Positions 24,532 to 35,100 of a stretch of 51,487 bases of DNA are shown one piece after another. Made by a program: the position numbers and the translations under genes. Positions within the stretch are counted from its first letter, which is position 1. Each line of letters starts with the position of its first letter. The notes under the pieces are model-generated. The model saw only the letters and a program-made list of their open reading frames with translations. It searched no databases and was not told the origin of the DNA. The DNA is taken from positions 1 to 51,487 of the forward strand of contig JAUCBJ010006644.1 in NCBI GenBank assembly GCA_032718475.1, in the 5' to 3' direction. Source of the stretch: Nemertoderma westbladi. Taxonomy: Eukaryota > Animalia > Xenacoelomorpha.

Positions 24532-24982
24532 CTGTCAGACATCATAAGACACTTAAATTAGCAGGTTAAACAGCTAAAGGTCTAAAAGCGCGAACACTGT
24601 ACCACGTGTGTGTGTAACGTACTCAATCATGTGTAGCTTACTGGACCACATATGTAACTTACTGTACCACGTGTGTGACTTACGCAATCATGTTTGTAAC
24701 ATACTGAACCGTGTGTGTAACTTTCTTTACCAATTGTAACATACCAAATACAGTATGTAACATACTGAACCACATGTATACGTATAGTATAACTTACTGA
24801 ACGTAATGTGCATGCAGAACTTATTGTACCACTTGTGTAACGTTCTCAATCATGTGTAACTTATTGTACCACATGTGTAACTTATTCAATCATGTTTGTA
24901 ACTCACTGTACCATTTACATAATTTACTGTACTCGTGTGTAACATACTCAATCTTGTGTGTAACTTACTATACCACGTGTGT
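24532..24982. repeat. Dispersed repeat head followed by a degenerate ~22-bp tandem array
   Basis: 24532-24658 recurs at 48720-48843; it is followed by TAACTTACTGTACCACGTGTG-like units. Confidence 0.75.
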
Positions 24983-25013
24983 ATGTGTAAAAATCCTTGT
25001 GTGTATGTCACGA

Positions 25014-27073
25014 TCCACGAAGCTAAGGAAAATCAACTACTTTCGCTAAGAAAGATTTTCCTTAGCTGAGATGGTCTATTCATAGTGGACTATTTTACTT
25101 GTATGGGGCAGATTAGTTTTTTTTTGATAGGTGAAAAAACTAGCCTTTAAAAGTACCCTGAAATTTTGCATGTATATACTACTCGTCGAGGCGCATCTTT
25201 TGGACTGGGTCTCATATCCAGGAAAAATCTGGTTTCCATGGCAACGGACTTAGAAAAAAGTCTATGTATTTCAAGTCAATATTTATAACTCTATTTGTAG
25301 GAAAACTATAATAGATATAAACTTGGGGTTTCTCAACTCAACTATAAGGTCCATAGCAGAGCCGATTGAGGTTAAATAGAAAATCCAGTTACCTTGGCAA
25401 CCGGGCTAAACAGATGTTAAAATTTATAAAATGTTAATTTGAAGCCTAAGGTTAAGGTGTTATGACTTGGAACCAACCCCTACCCCCACGATATAACTTA
25501 TTCTGCGTCCGAATTTGATTGTTCTATTTTGCAGTTACCATGACAACCGCTGTAAACAGATGTTTTTATACAAAAATTACTCATTTGGACATAGACTTCG
25601 CTATAAAATTTTACGAAACTGGTTATGTGTTAACTAGACCACTAGTTGGAACTTTTAGTGAAACTAAAAAACATTCCAGAAATATCTAGTTACCGTGGTA
25701 ACTGGAGTTTATTACAGATTATATCATTCAAGTCTATATTCATCCACGAAGCTAAGGAAAATCAACTACTTTCGCTAAGAAAGATTTTCCTTAGCTGAGA
25801 TGGTCTATTCATAGTGGGCTATTTTACTTGTATGGGGCAGATTTAGTGTTTTTTGATTCCGGAAAAAACTAGCCTTTAAAAGTACCCTGAAATTTTCCAT
25901 GTATATACTACTCATCAAGGCGCGTCGTGTGGGATGGGTCTCATATCCAGGAAAAATCTGGTTTCCATGGCAACGGACTTTTAAAAAAGTCTATGTATTT
26001 CAAGTCAATATTTATAACTCTATTTGTAGAAAAACTATAATAGATATAAACTTGGGGTTCCTCAATTCAACTATAAGGTCCATAGCTGAGCCGATTGAGG
26101 TTAAATAGAAAATCCAGTTACCTTGGCAACAGGGCTAAACAGATGTTAAAATTTATTAAATGTTAATTTGAAGCCTAAGGTTAAGGTTTTATGACTTGGG
26201 ACCAACCCCTACCCCCACTATATACCTTATTCTGCGTCCGAATTTCATTGTTTTATTTTGCAGTTACCATGACAACCGCTGAAAACAGATGTTTTTATGC
26301 AAAAATTACTCATTTTGACATAGACTTCATGATAAAATTTTATGAAACTGCGTATGTGTTATGTGGACCACTATTTGGAACTTTTAGTGAAACTCAAAAC
26401 ATTCCAGAAATATCTAGTTACCATGGTAACTGGAGTTTATTAAAGTCTATATCATTCAAGTCTAAATTCAATACTCTATTTGTAGCAAAATAATGTAATA
26501 TATATAAATTTGGGGTTTTGCAACACATCTATAAGGTCCATATACAAGCCGTTCGAGGTTAATTACACAATCCAGTTACCATAGCAACAATATTAAACAG
26601 ATGTTAAAATTTATAAAATGATAATTTGAAGCACAAGTTAATAGTATAATGACTTGGGACCAAGACCTACCCCCACTATATGACTTATTCTGCATCCGAA
26701 TTACATTGTTCTATTTTTCAGTTTCCATGACAACCACTGCAAACAGATGCATTTTGAATTGTGGCCCTCTGTTTAATTTTCCTTAGCTTCGTGGTTGCAT
26801 TTCCTTTAGGAAATGCCTTTCTAGTAACTCTATTTATAGAATAACCGCAATAGATATAAACTTGGGGTTTCTCAACTCAATGATAAGGACAATTGTCGAG
26901 CTGATTGAGGTTAATTAGAAAATCCAGTTACCAGGGCAACCATGCTAAACAGATGTTCAAATTTATAAAATGGTTATTTGAAGCATAACATTAAGGTATT
27001 ACGACTTGGGACCAATCCCTACCCCCACTATATCACTAATTACGCATCCAATTTAAATTGTCGCATTTTTCAG
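25014..27073 (+). mobile_element. Non-autonomous Helitron-type element A, 5' part; continues at 41336-41615
   Basis: Starts A|TCCACGAAGCTAAGGAAAAT. It is interrupted by copy B and by the BEL/Pao element; removing the latter restores TTTTTCAGTTTCCATGACAACC. Confidence 0.8.
25743..26824 (+). mobile_element. Non-autonomous Helitron-type copy B (1082 bp) nested in copy A
   Basis: 5' TC; 3' hairpin GCATTTCCT-TT-AGGAAATGC then CTTT-CTAG; inserted at TATATTCA|TAACTCT with no TSD; 19-bp subterminal inverted repeat CCACGAAGCTAAGGAAAAT. Confidence 0.85.
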
Positions 27074-27611
27074 TGTGACGGGATCCAGGAGGGATCCCGA
27101 TTTATCCGATGTGGTATTTAGTCCACGCGTCCCCGCCGTGTATAAGAGTGAAATAAAGATAACTGAGTTCTGAAGTTCGGTGTATAATAATAGGTTATAG
27201 GATATAGATATATTGTGAATTATACGGTAGGCGGGATACGGTAACTAAAGTCCCGTGATCCCCTAACTAAACTAATTGGCTGTACCCTATGCTAGCACTG
27301 CTGCACTGAGATAACTGAATCACTGATTAATAGGTTATTGGTTATATTGCACGGTGGCCTTACTGCTACTCAATCGATGCCATTCCCCCCTCTGATTGGT
27401 TAATACCCTTGTTGGCGCCCCGTGGAGTATTCCCGTTCACTCCACCTGTTCTCCTTGGGTTAGGGGTTTGGCCCCTGACCCTCTATTGTGTGCTTCCTTC
27501 CCACTCTTATTGGGATGGCACGAGTTGGTTAATTGCCCAATCTCGTGGCTCCCAATATTGCTTATCGGCTAATAACTTTATGGGGTGTTGGCGGGATTGA
27601 ATAAGCTAACA
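27074..27611 (-). repeat. 3' LTR
   Basis: 538 bp; I found one substitution versus 40793-41330 (CCCTATG vs CCCTACG). Confidence 0.97.
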
Positions 27612-27649
27612 CTCCCCCCCATGCTATCTTCCCGGTAAGAAGATAGCAT
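27612..27649 (-). other. Polypurine tract with adjacent 11-bp stem-loop
   Basis: GGGGGGGAG on the minus strand abuts the LTR; ATGCTATCTTC-CCGGTAA-GAAGATAGCAT lies at 27621-27649. Confidence 0.85.
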
Positions 27650-28321
27650 CAACCAAAAAAGTGCGCTACAATCCCGCTGGATCCCGATCTAGTATCGGGT
27701 GTGGGGTGGAATTCTTTTCTCTTGGAGCCGGCTTTCCAGGCCGCCCCCTATGGGTATGATAACGCTACCCTGTGTGCCTGGCGTCTCATGTCGGGCCGAT
27801 CGCGCTCACCTCTTCACGCGATTTTTGTTTCCCCAACACTTTCGCCCTACCTCCCCTCTACTCTCACCCTAACTCTCTCATACCCCCGGACCTCCTCGTC
27901 CCTCACTCAGCCTCTTATTCTCCCCCCCCCCCCACACTAGAATTGCGCTCGCACTCTCTCCGCACTTCACACTCTTATTCCGATTCTCAACTCCACTTTG
28001 ACTGTTTTATCTCTCCTGACGAACCTCCCCCCCTCTCGTGCCGCCGCACTCAAGAAGCGTGAAATTGTCAGTTGTCTCGTCCATAGTGCCATAGTCAATT
28101 GTCCCCCAGTCCCAGTAGCTAATTGAGAAAGGTTGTATGACTATAGTACTTACTCCGAACGTATGTATTTTACTGCTAATCACTACGTACGTACATACGA
28201 ATTGCACTTATATGGTTATTTGCATTAATTAAATTTATACTTAATAGTTCGTACGTTACATGCGGCGCCTTCCAGGCGCACCACTTCCCAGTCTCAGTCT
28301 CATTCCCCCGTCTCCGGGAAC

Positions 28322-30856
28322 TTATCTGTTCCTCCTCACGTCCTCTTCCCTGGCCCGTTTCTTGGTTATCACCGCTCCTCTGGCATCATCCGCTTTCTGC
28401 TTCCGGAACTTCGCTGCCACTTCCTTGCTGATCCCGGTCGTCGGCTCCTTGGGCGCTGGTGTTATTAAAGCCCGATACCGCTTCGCCGGTGGCCCCTCAG
28501 AATGGCCTGGTTGTCTCCCTCGTGTGGCGTCCCATAGGATCATTTTCATTGCCTTTGGTACGTGTTCCGCCAAGAAATCCCTAAACTCCCTCCGGTTCTC
28601 TGGTGTCCACCTGTCCAGGTACCGTTGCGTGTTCATAACTCCGGCGAACGATGCCGCCGTAGCTACCTCTTGATAGGTAAACGGTAACCTTCGCTTTATG
28701 ATTTCCATGTGGGTCTCCTGGTTTATGAGGAAGAAACCCCACTTGAACTCTTGGGCCTTCATGCGCTGGCGCGTCATGGCCCCGACGTCGGCCCACTCCT
28801 CGAACCTCGTGAACTTCTCCTCGTCGCTCATCCAGTCGCACTCGCGTCCGTAGTGTCCCCGAAAGTGGCACTTTGGACATCGGTTATGCAACCGTGGACA
28901 CGCCCCCATCCTGTGACTTGGTTCTCTACAGTAGAGACAAAAGGTTCCCCGTTGGAACCGGTATAGGCAGCTGCTTTCCTGATGGGTCTGTCTCCCACAG
29001 TAGTCGCAGCCGAGTACCAATGTCTCGCGTCCCACCTCGTCTTTCGTCCCAAGCGATCTCCGCGGTCTATGGAGTCGCTGGTAGGTGAACTTCTCTACGT
29101 TGCTCTCCCTGTTTACGTCTATCTCTCCGCCCCTTTCGGGCATCGTCTCCCCGAATACTATCCGTGGTGCCGTTCCCGGTTGCTCGCCCAACCTGATGGT
29201 GCTCCCCGGGAAATCCATCGCCGGCCCCTCGTGCACCCAGGTCCGCTTGCCGGATCTGTTCCAGAAGGCCCTCGCCCCACTGGCCGTCACCACCCTTCCG
29301 CCAACCCAGTCCGTGTCCGAGTGGCCTATCCTCTCGATGGGCGGCATCTCTCCGAATTCGTCGTCGTCGTCCTCCTCTTCCGGTAGTGTCTCCAATCCCG
29401 GTATCCCGATGGATCCACTATGTCCCTTCCCGCCTTGGCTCTCGCCCGTAGCTCTCCATCCCTCTAACTCCCTTAGCTTCCTTGGCGGTTGGTCGCCCTC
29501 GGCGCCCGCTGGTATGGGCATCGCGTGCAACCCCGACGTCGACTGTTTCGGCGATCCCACCGTCCATCCCAATTCTCGCCCTAGAGACTCCCCCGAACTC
29601 CCCGACGAAGTCCAATGAAGTTCGTCTAGGCCCGCCTGCTCCTCGAAGCCATAACTCTGTGTCCTGGCCTCCTCTTCCCTCTCCTCTGCTTCTATCCTCT
29701 CCCGTCTAGCGACTTCTTCCAGTCGCTTTGCTTCCCGTCTATCCATCTCTAGCTGCTCCCATCTCTGATACGGTGTATCTGTCTCCCCATCTACCAGATG
29801 TCGGCTGTTGTAGTACACCGACTCGCCCTTCAGCCCCGGGTGGTCTACCAGACCGTCAAAGGCCGTCTTAAAGGCTCTCCTGTAGCTTAGGGGTGATCCC
29901 GATAACAGAAATGCCCCTGGTTCCCTTTCGATAACTACGGTCATGAATAAGTTAAGCAAACTTATCATCATCCAGTCCTCCTGCAGGATATATCGCTTCT
30001 GATATACCTTTATCGCTCCTCTGCGAAACTGATATACCTCCTGCTTTCCCGGTCTCGCTCCCCACTTCAGCGAGTTCGCTGGTTCTGCTCCGTATTCTTC
30101 CCTAAACTTCCCCCAATCCATTGGTTTGTGGCATACGAGCCCCAATAATTGGCCCATCGCCACCGCCCCGCATTGGCCTGAGTTCTCGACCACCCCCAAT
30201 CCATCCGGTGCCGTCATAGCCATAAAGACTTTCTGCATATCCAGGAGGTTGGTGGCGTCCGGACCGATGATCCTCTCCGCGTCCTCGCGAATCGCCGATC
30301 CCACTTTCGTCGTCGACTTCTCTCTTACTAAGACTTGTACCGCTTTCGGCAATCGGTCTAATTTCGGCCCGTCCTTCTTCCCATACGTCCCTAGGTCGAA
30401 TAAGAAGATGTCCCCATTTGGCGCTGCCAAATGCAAGAGTATGGTCCTGGCCGACCCTGCCATTCCTCGTCTCGAACCCGCTTCGTCTTCCACGGTTCCC
30501 TCGTCATCTAGGATCATATATCCTCCTCTGTTGACGGATTCTATGAATCTTTTCCAGTCCTTCCTCGGCGATTCCCTCGGATACTTCGGAATCCCGAACT
30601 TCGCCTCGTCTCCTTTCACCACGTAGTGGAAGTGTTGGAAGATCGCGTTGTCCAGCGACGGCGTCCCGTAGGTCCCGACCAACCGCTGTTCGTGCGCCTC
30701 CCGGAAGTGATCCTGCAGCGCCCGTGCCGCGTGACCCCTTTCCAACCTCTCGTAGTATCCTCTCGTCTTCTCCTCCGGGTGTCTTTCGGTGAAATCCACC
30801 AATATTTATTTTCCTCCTGACTCCGCCTTTCTCTTCCTGATCAGCTTACTCGCCAT
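28322..30856 (-). CDS. Extra ORF3: DEDDy-like 3'-5' exonuclease, charged linker, three CCHC zinc knuckles
   Basis: Exonuclease-like motifs ILDDEG, LLHLA..IFLFDL, LP..VQVLV....TKVGSAIREDA, LLDMQ and QKRYILQED. Knuckles CDYCGRQTHQESSC, CLYCREPSHRMGAC and CPKCHFRGHYGREC. An in-frame ATG at 30856 is followed by TAA at 30808-30806; the listed 826-aa ORF starts at TTG 30802. Confidence 0.75.
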
Positions 30857-31370
30857 TCCGAACACTACACTCGCTCACCTGTAGGGTGGTGCCTTACCAA
30901 GGCGCAATACAGATGAGTGATGTATTAAGATGTTTCGTACAGTTCGATAATGGCCTACTTTTCTACTTAACTGCGCCTTTCAAGCTTAATTTAATCTAAT
31001 TAATTTCGGAGCTAGTAAATCAGCCTAATTTACAATTTCCGTCCGTTACTTTTATTATGTTCTAGAACGACTTTCCTTGTGTTACCACTATTTTCCGATT
31101 TTTTAGCCCTATTCTATTTATTTATTTATTTTGCTTTGATTCTACTGTCCTACTACTTACTACTGCCTATGGATTTATTCTATTCTCTCTCTGATCCATA
31201 TTCTGGCCTACTCAGTGGGCCTATGCAGTACAGCAGTATGCGTCGTGTGGCCACACGATTTATCCAGCTGCACTCATATGCCCCCCTCTCTCTACTAACT
31301 CTACTTACTGCTAACTAATATCTATATCCTATTTACCCCTTTTACCTCTCACTCTCTCTCTCTAACTAAT

Positions 31371-32020
31371 GGTACTACGTACCCCCTAACTCTAACTCTA
31401 ACTAGGTATCACGTACCTACTAACTCTAACTCTAACTAGGTACTACGTACCTACTAACTCTAACTAACTATTGGTACTACGTACCCTCTAACTCTAACTC
31501 TAACTAGGTACTACGTACCTACTAACTCTCTAACTATCGGTACTACGTACCCTCTAACTCTAACTCTAACTAGGTACTACGTACCTACTAACTCTCTAAC
31601 TGTCGGTACTACGTACCTACTAACTAACTCTAGGTACTACGTACCTACTAACTCTCTAACTATCGGTACTACGTACCCTCTAACTCTAACTCTAACTAGG
31701 TACTACGTACCTACTAACTCTCTTACTATCGGTACTACGTACCTACTAACTCTAACTCTAACTAGGTACTACGTACCCACTAACTCTCTTACTATCGGTA
31801 CTACGTACCCTCTAACTCTAACTCTAACTAGGTACTACGTACCTACTAACTCTCTAACTATCGGTACTACGTACCCTCTAACTAACTAACTCTAGGTACT
31901 ACGTACCTACTAACTAACTAACTTTAGGTACTACGTACCTACTAACTAACTAACTCTAGGTACTACGTACCTACTAACTAACTAACTTTAGGTACTACGT
32001 ACCTACTAACTAACTAACTA
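31371..32020. repeat. Internal tandem array, about 20 units of ~33 bp with a palindromic core
   Basis: GGTACTACGTACC cores separated by variable TAACTC/TAAC microrepeats. Confidence 0.92.
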
Positions 32021-32128
32021 TTATTTTTATTTTATTTTATTTTTATTTGTGTGGGAAGGGCGTCTCGCCCTCAATCCCACCCCCCTCAGTCCAAAACTTG
32101 GACGACTAAACTCCACTCTAACTCCGCT

Positions 32129-35100
32129 CTAAGGTGCTCCTTCTAAGAGACAGCATTTACCTACTGCTCTCCTGTAGGTTTTTCTGTCCTTCGCACCTAT
32201 CTTTCCACCTATCCGCACTTCTACCGATCGGACTCTTCCGTCCTCGTCGGAGTAGGTGCCTACAACTCTCGCCAACCGCCATTGGTTGTTGATGATAGTA
32301 TCATCCGTGACGATTACGAGATCTCCCTCTCTTAACTCCCTGTTCGGCTTCCTCCACTTGCTTCGCTTATGGAGAGTGGGTAGGTATTCTTCTACCCACC
32401 TCCTCCAATACTCTGCGCTTATTGCTTTAGCGACTTTCCAACTCTGGCGGGAATGTATGTCATCTGGGTCTACACCCCGCATATCGATGGTCGCTGGCCT
32501 TTCCATCAGAAAATGGCTAGGCGTCAGCACGTCTAACGACTCAGGGTCATCATTCTCCGGATATAGCGGTCTGCTATTAATGATCCCCTCGCACTTCGCA
32601 AGTACCGTCCGTAAGACGTCTTCAGTGACCATGTGGGTGTTCATCAGCTTCATCATTAGACGTTTTGAACTGCCCACCAGTCTTTCGACGCATCCTAGTG
32701 TATGTGGTGCATACGGCGTCCGTCTCTCCCACTTTACTTGTCGTCTCCTCATGGCCGCCCTGACTTCTTCTCCCTCCAAGATGTCTAAGGCCTCTGCCAT
32801 CTCACTCTCTGCGCCCACAAAGTTGGTGCCGTTGTCGCTATATATCACTGCGATCGTCCCACCTTTGCGGTCCCTAAACCTTTCTAAGGCGTTAATGAAC
32901 GCTGATGCGGTTGCATCTTGGGCGAGTTCTATCCCTACCGCCCGCGTATTGTTGCATACGAAGATAATACCGTAGCGTTTCTCCGTGTGTCGCATCACTT
33001 TGATCTTTATCGGCCCGAACATGTCCACACCGCAATGCGTAAATGGCGGGTCGTGCTGTCTTACCCTACTCGCCGGTAGTGGCGCCATCTCCTGTACGGC
33101 TCGTTCCTTCTTCGCTCGCCGGCAGGTCTGGCACTGCCCCACTACCGCTTTAACCTTCTTCCTTAGTTGTTTGACCCAATAGGTCCTCCTTATCTCTGTG
33201 AGGGTTCGGTTGGTGCCCCCATGCAGTATCGATTTGTGGGAGTCCCATATGATCTGGTGGACTATAGGCGATCCTGTGGGAATGATGATGGGTTTCGGTG
33301 GCACGACTATACTGTTGTTATATCCCACCCTAGAATTCATTACTAGAATCCCATCCTCGTTGAGTTGTGGCGACAGCGTGATCAACCCGCTGTCCCGTCG
33401 GAGGTGCTGTTGGTTGCCGACACGTTCCACTTCGTCGCTGTAGTTCTTGCGTTGTTCATAGCGGATCACTGCATTGGCCGCTCCTTCCAGATCTATGGTT
33501 GTCCTGGTCTTCTTGTACTTGCCGACTCCCGCAAGGAAATTCCCAAAGGCTCTCCAGTACGCCACTAATTTCTTGGTCTTATACCAACTAGAACTGTAGC
33601 TGAGGAGTTTATCCGTCGGGTTATCGCACAGTTCCCTTCCTGGTTGCACGTCCCTAATCTCCCTCACCATCTGGGAGTATATCTCTTCTCCCTCTGAATC
33701 TCCCTCTCCTTCTGATACTGGTTCCGAGCCCGGGTCCACCTTCCTCATCGGCGGCCAGGCCTCTCTATCGCTCAGAAATTGTGGCCCATGTTGCCACAAT
33801 ACTTCCTTCTTCAGGAAAGTGTGGCGTTCCACGCCCCTCGACAGCAAGTCCGCTGGGTTCTCATCTGTTGGGCAGTAGTGCCACCTTTCCAGTTCTGTGC
33901 TCGCCCTTATTTCGTCCACTCTATTTGCGACGAATATCGGGTATCTCGTCTTTTCGTTGTGTAGCCAACCAAGCACTACCATGGAGTCCGTCCAGTAGTG
34001 TGTCTCCACTATGTTGGGAATTGTATCCACTAGGTAGGCTGTGGCTCTAACTCCTAGTCTCGCAGCTGTCAATTCTAGCTTAGGAACAGATGCTGAATCT
34101 GGCGGCGTTGACTTAGCTTTGCTAAAGGCTAGTCTGGGCTTGTGAGCCCCCTCTCGTTGTACTAAATAGAGTGCCGCTCCGTATGCCTCTAACGACGCGT
34201 CGGAGAACATATGTAGGTCCAGATTCGTCATGTTCCCGTCCGGGACGTATACTCGCGGCATGTTATATGTTCCCATCCTCTCCAAGTCTCCTGTCCATTT
34301 GCTCCACTGTTTCTTGATGTCTTCTGGTACCTCTACATCCCACTCATCCTTCAACTTATATACTCTCTTGAGTATCTGTTTCCCCGTGACTAGTAATGGG
34401 GATGCTAGGCCTAGGGGATCGTATATCCTTGCTATATACGATACATAACCCCTCTTCGTATGGGTGTCTGCGCCCTCTTGGCTCAGCTGATACTTCAGTT
34501 CGTCTGTTCCTCTATCCCACACGATTCCCAATGCCTTTTGCTGCGATTGTGTTCTCTTATTTGCCATGTCCTGTCCTTTGGCTGTTGTAGGGTTGTCCAT
34601 GGTCGATTCCGGTTTCTTGTCTTCTATTTCCTTGATAAATTCTTCTGAACTGGATTGGAATTTGGTCAGGTTGAAGCCGGATCCTTTCAGGATGTCGCGA
34701 ACCTCGCGCCCTGTTTCCAGTATCTCCTCAACCGTATTTCCAGACTCCATACCGTCATCTACGTAGAAGCCGCGTCGGATCATATCGACGGCCCTACTGC
34801 TGTATCTATCTTCTTTCCCCTTTACCGTGTCTCTCACTGCCATAGTCGTCGTAAATGAGGACGACTTGGCCCCCATATTTTGTACTACCATCCTATACGC
34901 TGGTATTACCGGCGGTTCTTCTTCGCCGTTATACCATAAGAAGCGTTGACTGTCACTATCTTCTTCCGTTACACGTACCTGGTTGAACATGCCTTCTATG
35001 TCACACGTGAAGGCGTGTTTCCCGTTTCGAAACCTAAGTAACACCTCTATGCCCGAATTGTAAATATTTGGGCCTTCCAACAGGTAATCGTTTAAGCATT

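Noticed and set aside
28322-30802. ORF3 as an env gene
   Set aside because: No evident signal peptide or transmembrane anchor; the cysteines form nucleic-acid-binding CCHC knuckles.
31371-32020. CRISPR-like appearance of palindromic repeats with spacers
   Set aside because: The spacers are TAAC/TAACTC variants rather than unique sequences, the core is only 13 bp, there are no cas genes, and the context is a eukaryotic retrotransposon.
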